Below are positions 50,263 to 60,382 of a stretch of 64,000 bases of DNA, piece after piece. Made by a program: the position numbers and the translations under genes. The notes under the pieces are model-generated. The model was not told where the DNA came from and ran no database searches. It saw only the letters and a program-made list of their open reading frames with translations. Positions within the stretch are counted from its first letter, which is position 1, and every line of letters starts with the position of its first letter. Source of the DNA: Negaprion brevirostris (Eukaryota); assembly GCA_030324005.1 (NCBI GenBank), contig JARDVH010000169.1, positions 12,306,393 through 12,370,392 on the forward strand, written 5' to 3'.

Positions 50263-51775
50263 CTAAACGACAGCAGAGAAAATGGCAAAAAAGTTGCTAA
50301 TTGTACTTTTCAAAGAGTTATCTCCTGTGTCTCCAGCTTTGCTCCTTTTCAATTGGGAATCAGATAATCCAATGTTTAGTAGTTGTTCCTGCTCTCCCTT
50401 TGTCAACACCTTATCTTCCATTATCATAACATTGAATTTTAAATCAGATTGTTCTCCGAGCCAGAAGTTGCATTCCAGTATTCTTGAAAATGTATCAAGC
50501 ATACTCATTTAAAATCTGGCTAAATGAAATTGCCGAAATACATTTCGTCTCAAATGTTTTGAAGGTTTTCCTTTAAAATCCTTTCGCTGCTTTATGGCTG
50601 AACTTTCTGTAGTGTTTTGTAATTTTTGCAATATTAAGTACATTTGTATTCCTACAAATGTTTCTTGGTTAGCTTCAGCAAACAATCGATAATTGAACAA
50701 GTTTTAAGCTAAACAGTTGCCTTTTCTGGGCAATATCAGATCACCTTTACAGTACAGTACTAAGATAACTAAACTTTGCAAAAGTTGTAAAGCACATTTC
50801 AGTTGGGTGATTGTGGAATCAATCAATTTTTTCTTCAGATGATGTCTTCATTGGTCAGACAACTTAATTATTGAAGCTGAATTATGCACTCAAACAACAT
50901 CTATTGTACTCATTTGAAAAGAGAAGCAAAACTTAGCAGACTCATTGTTGCATGTATTTGGGCCAAATACGATAGGTTATCAGAAAGTGCGAAATGTCCC
51001 AAATTACATCACACTAAAAGTCTTTACTTTGGTGGAAATCTGTGACTAATATTGTTGCACTGCTATCTATGGCACGGTCTTCTATGGAACTTCGCGCACT
51101 TCTATGTTCAATATTTATTCTGTTACGACTAGCCTCAAATGAGGTTCCACAAAAATTGTTGATTGGATGAAACACCCCAGTTTGAACATAGCCTCTTCTA
51201 GTAGCAACAAAGATTCCCTTTCCCTTGAATACTTTTTCCAGGCCCAATAGTTATGTTTAAAAATGAACCAATTCAACCAGGTTCTCTTGAGTTAAGATGG
51301 AGTAAATTTATTAACTATTAAAAAGATAAGTAGAAATAGTTTAAAAAAAAGCTTCTACATTTATGCAGATTCGAAGTAAGAATTATGTTGAATAGTAAGT
51401 AAACATAAATAAAAAGTTGTACCTAACAGTCCTTGAGTTTAGTGTAGAAGCTGAGATTGATTCGAACCGTTGACTTCTGCAGGCAAATAGTTGACTCTTC
51501 AGTTCAGGTTCTCTGTCATTTGCTAGAGAGAATTCAGTTCTTTTTCCAGCTGCGATCCTCTGCTGATTGATCAACCTTCACAGCAAATCAAGGCAATTAT
51601 ATCCAGTGGCTTTAGCTGAGATATGTTCCCTGAGAGAAACCCCGGCAGTTATTTCTGTCAGTGGCTGGGGTCTGTGTCCATTTTCAAAACAAAGAACTCC
51701 GGTCTTTTTAAAGTCAAATATTTCTATGTATAATTCTAGGGCTTTCTCCATCATCGTATCATTTTACTTGCCATT
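50263..51775 (-). pseudogene. Long decayed reading frame of unknown origin, possibly a MULE-like transposase
   Basis: About 1.5 kb of minus-strand sequence reads in two long frames with scattered TGA/TAA stops, joining track ORFs 51383-51574, 51014-51247, 50509-50700 and 50263-50508. There is a candidate 108-nt GT-AG intron at 51422-51315. Motifs: ILVTDFHQS, KFCFSFQMS, LQNTTES. Confidence 0.4.
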
Positions 51776-52189
51776 TTGAGAAATACAATACTTGCTCATT
51801 AATACGTAACTGTTCTATTGAATAATAATGTGAATGCAATGAATATTTCCCCGAAAACATTAATGGAACTTATATTTATGTGGAAGAAGATTCAAATAAA
51901 TTTTATTACTCGGTAGGTTAATGGTGGGCTTACGTGATATGACAGTCTTACTGAGAAAACAGATTGTTATCAGATGTAAGTGCACAGAGTAATGTGTTGT
52001 TCATCAGTCAGGTTTTATTTAGAAGTTTTTTTCTGAAGTATTATGGTTATTTTATAGCTTTCAAATGTTGTTCAAAGAATAAACACTGTATTTCCCTCTA
52101 CATTGTTTTGAAATATGCACATTTCTTTTGTGCAAACCCAATTTTCTGAACATTTCTAATGTGTTGTGTAATATAGAATAAGAGGTATG

Positions 52190-52466
52190 AGCTGAGGCAG
52201 TGCCTCATGGTAATGTCACTGGACTAGTAATTCAGAAACCTAATGCAAGGCTGTGGGGACTTGAGTTCAAATCCCATCGTGGCAGATGGTGACACTTGAA
52301 TTCAATATGAAACCATTGTCAATTGTCATAAAACCCATCTGATTCACTAATGTCTTTTAAGAAAAGAAATATGATGTTCTTACCTAATCTGGCCTACATG
52401 TGACTCCAGATCCATAGCAATGTGGTTGACTCGTAAATACCCTCAAGAATGAGCAATAAATGCTGT
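52190..52466 (+). mobile_element. tRNA-derived SINE (non-HE1 family) with CR1-clade tail
   Basis: Head ggtaatgtcactggactagtaa...gagttcaaatccc, central domain ttcactaatgtcttttaagaaaagaaat...tctggcctacatgtgactccag and tail gcaataaatgct. A second copy lies at 63325-63860. Confidence 0.85.
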
Positions 52467-52899
52467 TAAAATGTATTTTTTATCTTTATGCCTAGTTAAA
52501 AGAAATAATGTAGTAAGGATATGAAGTTTATCATGTATATCTTACAATTGCATAACTCAATTCGACATCTTAAAGTATCACAATATTTTGGTGCACTGCA
52601 TTGCAAAACTACGTGTTATCTGGCACTCCTGCGAATTCTTACCAGTATATCTACTGAAATTGGTCATTGGCATCTCGAGCCAGAAACAAAATAGTGGTAC
52701 AATACTGCCCTTGATTTTTTTTCTTCATTCAACTTGGGATGTGGGCCTCACTGGCAAGGTCAACATTTCTTGCCCACCCTCAAGAAGGTGGTGGTGAGTT
52801 TCCTTTTTGAGCTGCTGCAACCCATGTGATGTCCCTAACAGAGTGCTGTTAGGGACAGAGTTACAAATTTTTGATAGATGTATTATTCTCTGTTTCTTT

Positions 52900-53660
52900 G
52901 TCCAGGTAATTAATATAAATTGAAAATAGCTGAGACCCCAGTACTGATCCTGGGGAAGTCCACTAGTTGGAGTCTGCCAAATTGCAAGTGCTCTGTTTAT
53001 TCCTGTTTATTTAGTCTCCCTCTGCTTCCTATTTGTTAACTAGTCCTCCACCATGCTAATATGTTATCCTCAACTCCATGAGACATTATCTTGCATGTTA
53101 ATATTTTGTGTGCCNNNNNNNNNNATACTGCATCAACTAACTGAATCCTCTTTGTTTAGTCTACTAGTTATATCCTCAAAAACCCAAAGAGTATTCCATA
53201 TCCTCAAAGAAATTTGTAAAACCATGTTAACTTTCTTTGATCATAATATGACTGTCTCAGTGTATTAAGACTTATTAACAATAAATTGAAGCGTTTCCTT
53301 GACAACTGACATCAGGCTAATTGACCTATAGTTTCCCTCTCCCCTTTTGTTGAAAAGTTGTATTATATTTACTACCAATCCACTGAGGCAGTCCTAGAAT
53401 CTCAGGAATTTTGGAAAACCATAATTAGTGCATCCATTATATCTCCAGCTACTTTTTGAACCTGGGTGTAGTCCATCAAATCAGGCATTTGTTGGCTTTT
53501 AGTTTCTATTATTTCTCCAATACTTTTCCATGCTGATATTAATTACCCTCAGTTCACCCCAATTATTAGCCCATAGGTATTACTGTCTTCTACTGTAGAT
53601 ACAGACTAAAATATTTGTTCAAGTCTCTGCCATTTCCTCATCCCCACAATAATTTCTCTT
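52900..53660 (-). mobile_element. CR1 RT internal fragments
   Basis: The reverse complement shows GLPQDQYWVS (GVPQGSVLGP-like) and aactataggtcaattagcctgatgtcagttgt (NYRPISLMSV). Confidence 0.8.
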
Positions 53661-54669
53661 GTAAACTCATTTTCGAAAGTGATCAAAATGCTGCCCAAGG
53701 TGGCGACCATAATCGGGTGATGTTTTGTTGTTCCAGACAGAATCTTGGCTGAACATGCTTCTGTAAAGTTCTTAAAATGTAAATGACCATGAACAGAATA
53801 CCCACCTCTGACTAGACATTCACAATGTGAAAGCATTTGTGAATTTACACCGGTTGATGGGTTATTTACCCCAAACTCTCACCTTCGTGTCTCCAAGTTT
53901 GAAGCTTAACAAAAAGCTGTGCAGACCAATTCATCAGAAGCAAATGTGAACAATTACCTTTGAAATTATGTAACAATGGCTCCTAAATTCATTATGTGTA
54001 CAATGGAGCTATTGGTTAGGGCATCATATGACTAAACTGTACTCAGATGATCAATCTTTCTTACTCGCATTGGCAGAGAGACCAAGGAGGTTTGCAAACC
54101 ATCAGGACAAAAGGGCCCATTCATTCAGCTAGGAGAACAGAACCTTGTCTAACAATCAGTCAATCCAGGCGTTCTGAGAGGGACTTGTTGGTTTTCACTT
54201 GCAAAGATTTGCCTCTACAGAAGCTTGCCATAATGCTGTCTAGAAATCCAGACATTTCTATCTTGCATTCATCTCCAAGGAACCATGAGTGACAATTCAC
54301 CCAGAGCTGTTTGGTGTAAACTTTGGAATAACTCGATCTGAACATGAATTATTATTTGTATTCTGTTAATATTCTAGCAACGTGCTTTCTTCTCTGGAAC
54401 CCATTTTTACTTCAGTGTATTTATCTGAATGCATGAGAGAATGAATGTTTTCTGTTGCATTTATATTTCATGGCTTGTGAATAAACATGATCTTTTCTTC
54501 TGATTTGAACTTATCCAAAAGCCTGCTGCTTGTCCATTTCTGAAGTCACAACACCAAAAAGATAAAGCACTCCCTCTAAATACACACCTTTTTTGCAGAC
54601 ACCCAGGAAATGGGAAGCTCAGGGCAAAGTTACCATTTCACTCCCATCTGTATTAGTAAAAGATATCTG

Positions 54670-54950
54670 TAGATTCATAGAATGATACAAGAAGGCAACC
54701 ATTTACCCCATTGTGCCTGCGCCAGCTTTTTGAAAGATCTGTCCAATTAGGCCCACCTATCCCTCTTTTCCCATAGCTCTGCAAGTATTTATCCATTTGA
54801 TTTTCGAACACTTTTATTGAATCTGCTTCTCTGTTTCAGACTATGCATTCCAGAACATCATAACTCACTATTCATGGTGCCCTTCCTTCTTTTGCCCATC
54901 ACATTGAACTTGTGTTTTCTGCTTACTGTCCCTTCTGCTACAGAAAACAG
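54670..54950 (-). mobile_element. CR1 3' end
   Basis: The plus strand begins tcatagaatgatacaagaaggcaaccatt, the reverse complement of a CR1 tail. Confidence 0.7.
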
Positions 54951-55572
54951 TGTAACTGTTGTATACGTTGTGAAAATATACATTGTCAAAAAATCACAGT
55001 GGCGAACTACTGTAAGGGGGGAAGGAAGAAAGAGTAAATGTAGGTAACAAACATTAGTTCCATTTGTTCCTATTTTAGGTGCCTTTTACATATAAATAAA
55101 AATATCTCTGGTTGATTTGGGGGTTAGGAGAATAGAATAACCATCTAAGAAGCATCCATTCAAGTTAGAAATGGATAACTATCTGGTTGTCCTGTCATAA
55201 AATGTTATTAGAATGCTTAGAATATAATATATATTGACCATGTTATTTCCCACCAATCAACTGCAAACATATATTGAAAAAATAGCAGTGATTTGTTCAC
55301 AATCATTAATTCTTTATTGTCGGCTATCACAAATGAAAGGCGCAGAACATTTTGGTTGCCCCTAGAATGCGTAGAGAGCTATTGAGGTCTTAAAAAGGAC
55401 CTAAAGCAAAGTAAAGCACCCATGTATTTTGCAGTGTACATTATTCTTATATTCCTGGGTTGAATACTGTTTTAAATGGAACTGAGAGGAATCCTAGTGT
55501 ACAGATAAACTAGTCATTTAAATGTAGCAACATAAGTACATAAAGCCATAAAAGAAAAAGGCAAGGTGAGAT

Positions 55573-55654
55573 CTGGTGAAGGAGCAGTGCTCTGAAAGCT
55601 CATGATTCCAAATAAACCTGTTGGACTTTAACCTGGTGTTGTGAGACTTCTTAC
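55573..55654 (+). mobile_element. Penelope-type terminal fragment (same family as 5492-5575)
   Basis: ctggtgaaggagcagtgctctgaaagctcatgattccaaataaacctgttggactttaacctggtgttgtgagacttcttac. The hammerhead core is mutated (CTGGTGA). Confidence 0.85.
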
Positions 55655-56519
55655 GAAAAAACAGAGATGTAAGTAGACACAGATTTCCAAGGAAGTTATC
55701 AATGTTGTCACAGACCTAGCCAAGTCAATGGCACCCTTTAGGGAGAACGCTCATGGAAGGTAGCCTCAAGAGTTTGGCTTGAACACAGAGTTTGATTCTG
55801 ATTCATGGCTGGTACGATTAAATGATGACATCTCCACAACTTCACTAGAAATCGTCAGAGAAGTATTGTTTGTTTAAACCTATGCTGAAGAATTTGTAGT
55901 GGTAGCAAAGGGAGGTGGAATAATTAGTGTGTTTTGAAGAAGGTGTCCTTCTGGAATTTTATATTTGTTTAATAATTTGATTCAAGAGTAATGATGTGTT
56001 TATCAATCAGCTGGAGCAAGGATCTCAGTCCTTGTGTGAAGAAGTTCCTCCTCAACTCAGTCCTAAATCTGCTCCCCCTTATTTTGAGGCCATGTCCCCT
56101 AGTTCTAATTTCACCAACACTGTGAAGCATCAGTATGAAGTGACAAGCTAAAAATATATCACTAGCTTAAAGAAATCTTAAAGGACAGCACGGGCAGATT
56201 CATTTTTACGAAAAATTAATTATGTAATTCATCATTAAAGAAAATGCTTAAAAACATGAAAGAACAACTCCAGGAAATTTACAAGTATACTTCTAAGGCA
56301 GCACAACACCCAAAAGTTATATATTTTTGGTCATATCCTTGTAGATCTTTTTAAAAATTCTAAGGTGGTTCAAGTAGAACTAAAAGCAAAAGGAATACTC
56401 GAGATTAAAAATAAACGAGAAGATCAGAGTTGAGAAGTTCGAACACAGAAATATTTTACTCCAAGAAGTGTGAAGTAGTGACTGTCATGTGAGATGCAGT
56501 GGGATATTTACACATTAAA

Positions 56520-57700
56520 TCAGAAATAGACCATTTGACTGAACCAATCTCCATTTATACTGCACCTGGGCCTCCACCACCCTTTCCTCTTCTGACTTTA
56601 CCAGCACAGCCCATAATTCCTTCTCTTCCATCTGCTCATTGATCCTCCCCTTAGTGTATCTATTGTTTGCTTCAACCAGATCCTGTGGTTGTTTGCTTAA
56701 CACTCTAAACATTCCCTGGGTAAAGAATTTTTTTCTAAATTCCCAACTTGATCTTTTTGGTGACTATTTTGTGTTGCTAGCCTCTAGTTTTGCTTTTCCC
56801 CACAAGGGGTAACGTGCTATCTATCGACTCTACTGAAAAAAAATCGGAATTCTAAAGACCTCAGTTAGGTCACCTCTCAGCCTTTCTTTTTCAGGAGAAA
56901 AGAGATTCAGGTTGCTCATCTTTTCCTTAAACGTCTATATGCTCTTCATATCATGTTTCTAGAACTTTATTCCACCTTCTTTAGTGCCTATTTGTCATTT
57001 CTAATAATATCATGACTCGTATTCTATGCAGTTCTCCAGTTGTGATTTAACCAAGGTTTGACACAAGTTTAACATACTCTTTACTTTTCAAATCTACCAC
57101 TCCAGGAATAAACCTTCGTGTTTGACTTTATTTTAATTACTTTGTTTACCTGCGTCTAGATTGGTGTATTGGCACTCCCAGATCCTTTTGTTCTTCTAGT
57201 ACATTTAGATTATTTTGTAAGTAATAGGCAACCGCATTTTCTGACCTAATGCAGGTCAGAATTTTCCCATTCCGCTCACCACAGGAGTTGTAGTGAGCAA
57301 GGGACAGACCATGGAAAGGTCTGTTGACCTTGGGCAGGATTTTCTGGTTTCGGGGCGAGTGCAGCTGAAAAATCCCATCGATAGACTTTTACAGCACAGA
57401 AAGAAACCCTGCAGCCCATCATATCTGTGCCAGCCATCAAGCACCTACTTATTCTCATTCCATTTTCCACCGTTTGTTCTGTAGCCTTGTATGCTATAGT
57501 GTTTAAGTGCTCATCTAAATACTTCTTAAATATTGTGAAGGTTCCCATCTCTACCACTCTTCCAGGCAGTAAGTTTCAGATTCGTACCACCCTCTGGGTG
57601 AAAAAGGTTTACCTCAAATCTCCTCTGTATTTTCCAATTATGTGCCCATTCAGCAACTTTGTTAACATCTTTTTGTAAGTTGTTGCCGTCCTCCTCACAC
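56520..57700 (-). mobile_element. Two CR1 3' fragments (56520-57200, 57380-57700) separated by a mini-MITE (57254-57379)
   Basis: Minus strand reads VVEMGTFTIFKKYLDEHL and LCQTLVKSQLENCIEY. The MITE termini are ggtcagaattttc / gaaaaatcccatc. Confidence 0.75.
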
Positions 57701-58686
57701 ATTGTATTGAGTTGAATTTGAGTTGAATTTGAAGAATGCAGCAGGAAATAGTTTAAAGGCTTCCATTTAGGGAGCACAAACAGTTTAACTGTCAGCTTAA
57801 CTGGTCTCCCTGTTGACAGGGTGACAGTCAGGCAAGCAGTGAGAGAAGGAAGAGGACAGGTGAGCACATGATGAGGGGGGAAAAGGAGTAAGATAGGAAT
57901 TGAACTATTGAATTTTTTTAAAAAATTACTGATATAAGCCGTAACCAGCTAACCATTGAAAAGCATCTGGAAGTACATTTTGTGAGTTTGCGAGAGACTT
58001 TTGGTTGTGATTTTGTACATAATAGTCATTTTGTAGTCACCATAAAAATATGGTACTTTCAAGGTCCTTCTCCATTCATCAAACTTGGCACTCAGATAAT
58101 GTTTTCAAACAATTGAAATTGCTGTAGTTAGGGTGGCACACAAAATGTAACCAATACTTCTGAGCATGCACTAAAAATGGCATTCAAACCACAGGTTTTC
58201 AGATGGTGTAGAGTTAAATATTGAAGACTCGACATTCATAGTCTTCGCCTCACTGGTCTGCATCTTGGGTCCAGGTTTTCAAAGTACATTAATTAAGGCA
58301 AATATAACAAAATAATTGTCAGTTAGTTTGCAGGAATTTGTTTTGAACTCTGACGTAGGGGATCACATGAGAATATAAACTTTTTAAATTGATGGAAAAT
58401 ATATATAAAGGGTAAAACTAATAGGTGAAAAATGAAGTAAGAACAAGTTAGTGAATAAGCTCAAGAAAGTTCTATTAAGGCAGGAAAAGGAAAAAATAGC
58501 TTGATATTGAAATTGAAGAAATAATGGGGCTAGATAAAGGATTAACTTAGATTTAGAGGACCGTACAACACCAACTTGAAGAAGTCAATCATTAGACTAA
58601 ATCTCATGTCTGGAATATGAAAAGGTTAAAATATCAGCTTTGCTGTTATTTAGGTTTATATTCAAGACCCATCTGGATCATTTTCT

Positions 58687-58809
58687 GGCTGGGATTCTCT
58701 GATGTTATACTGCTGCCAGTATGAACAGAATTTGTTGCCCAGCCAAATCTCCATTCACAGCCATGGGACAACGAATCTCAGCCACAGACGAGCTCAGAGA
58801 ATCCCGGCC
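58687..58809. mobile_element. Mini-MITE
   Basis: TIRs ggctgggattctctga / tcagagaatcccggcc. The internal sequence matches 23137-23270. Confidence 0.8.
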
Positions 58810-58989
58810 TTACTTCCTTATTCTTTTCTTTATCCTTATTCTTCATCGAATTGGGAGCCCACTCAATCTTGAATGCTCAACAAAGTCCATTTTTGTGAAA
58901 AAGACTTGATTATGATTAACATTATTTTTTCTTCTTGGACCACTCCTAACTGAAATCAAAAAGACAGCATAAAATTTCACTTGCTCTGT

Positions 58990-59410
58990 TTTCTATTTCT
59001 GTCTTCTACTGGAGGCAATGAATTCTTGGTATGATACATCTCCCATGATGCCAGTCATACTCCAGTATGTTATCAAGATATCAATATCTGTGTAAGGCAG
59101 TGAATGCTAGCTGGTTGCTTGACTGAGTCTCAGCGAATCTTGTTCACGTGTCTATTTTCAGAAGGAATTGATGGATAATAATCCAGAATAGGAAAACATA
59201 GCTGATTTTCATCATTGTAAGCACCGGAAGTGCTATTTGCACTACAGCAAAGATAAAACCAACATAGAAAATTGCATTCTTCTTGCTGTGTATAAAAGAA
59301 ACACCCTGTTAGGATAGTATTAAGGTAAAAGGGGTGTGCATGGGAATATTTCCTGACCTCCATTTGGAAATCTAAACATCATTTTTGAGGTCAATACATA
59401 CGAGTTATAA
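58990..59410 (-). pseudogene. Decayed MULE (Mutator-like) transposase remnant
   Basis: Minus strand PQK*CLDFQMEVRKYSHAHPFYLNTILTGCFFYTQQ...GAYNDENQLCFPILDYYPSIPSE...WEMY resembles MULE P..I..DFE.A....FP....GCFFH..Q / Y.NDE...LPF.P / WNVY. Confidence 0.5.
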
Positions 59411-59419
59411 AAAGTCTCA

Positions 59420-60382
59420 GGATTCTGGCAGGTAAAGATAGGCCAAAACTTGTTACGATCTTCCCAGTCACCACACTCAGACATAATTCAGTAAGGGCGG
59501 GAACCAGATTAGTATTTTCAAATAAGTATTAAAATATGCAAAGTCCATTTGCGGTCAGATTCTCCTTGCTCCTGGGATTTTCCAACCCTGAGGTGCTGCA
59601 AGAAGTCGGCGAGAATCACTACTGGTCCCACAACTGAGACCAGGTGTAATGGCTGTGCTGGGGGGGGAGAAACAGATGACCCTGAGACCACTGGAGTCGC
59701 TGGGTGGAATGGAGACATAGATAGGTGGTGCCCATCTGGCACCCTGAATGGGGTGGAGGGGGTGGGGGGCATGAAAGGGGTCATGAAAGTGGAGAGGATA
59801 TAAAGGTGGGGGGTAGGAAGGACTGTTACTTAAATGGCGAAAAACTGCAGCAGGCGACGGTGCAGAGGGACCTCGGGGTCCTTGTGCATGAGTCGCAAAA
59901 ACCCAGCCTGCNNNNNNNNNNNNNNNNNNNNNNNNNNNNNNNNNNNNNNNNNNNNNNNNNNNNNNNNNNNNNNNNNNNNNNNNNNNNNNNNNNNNNNNNN
60001 NNNNNNNNNNNCTATTTCTTATGCTCTTATGAAGAGAGTCATGAAGGGGAATCCATTCAGAAAGTCCTGATGTTAGCGATCTTTGTTGGGGATGTGGGTG
60101 AGGAAACATCCCTTCAATAAGGCGGGAGGCAAGGGGGGTGTCTTCAATTTCACTTTGAAACTGTAGCGCCTTTAAAAATGGTGCCCATCACTGTGAAGCT
60201 GGGCTTGCTGGTGCATTTAGGCCATGCCCTCCTCAGAATTGGGGTAAAACTCACCATTCTTCCAAAAAAATGACAATGCGTGGGAAAACTGCAATCTGAT
60301 TTGCGGTGGACATGCCGGTGTGAAACATGCCAGTTTTCTTGCCCATAATAACACTTTTTCATTTTTTGGGAAAATTGCACCC
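59420..60382. mobile_element. GC-rich MITE-like element with nested CR1 fragment (59785-59911, +)
   Basis: The nested frame reads YLNGEKLQQATVQRDLGVLVHESQK. The host ends tgggaaaattgcaccc. Confidence 0.6.

Noticed and set aside
52880-52912. Pyrimidine tract + CAG|GTAATT, a recursive-splice-site look-alike
   Set aside because: It coincides with the edge of an antisense CR1 fragment whose sequence already supplies most of the motif, and the donor is non-optimal.
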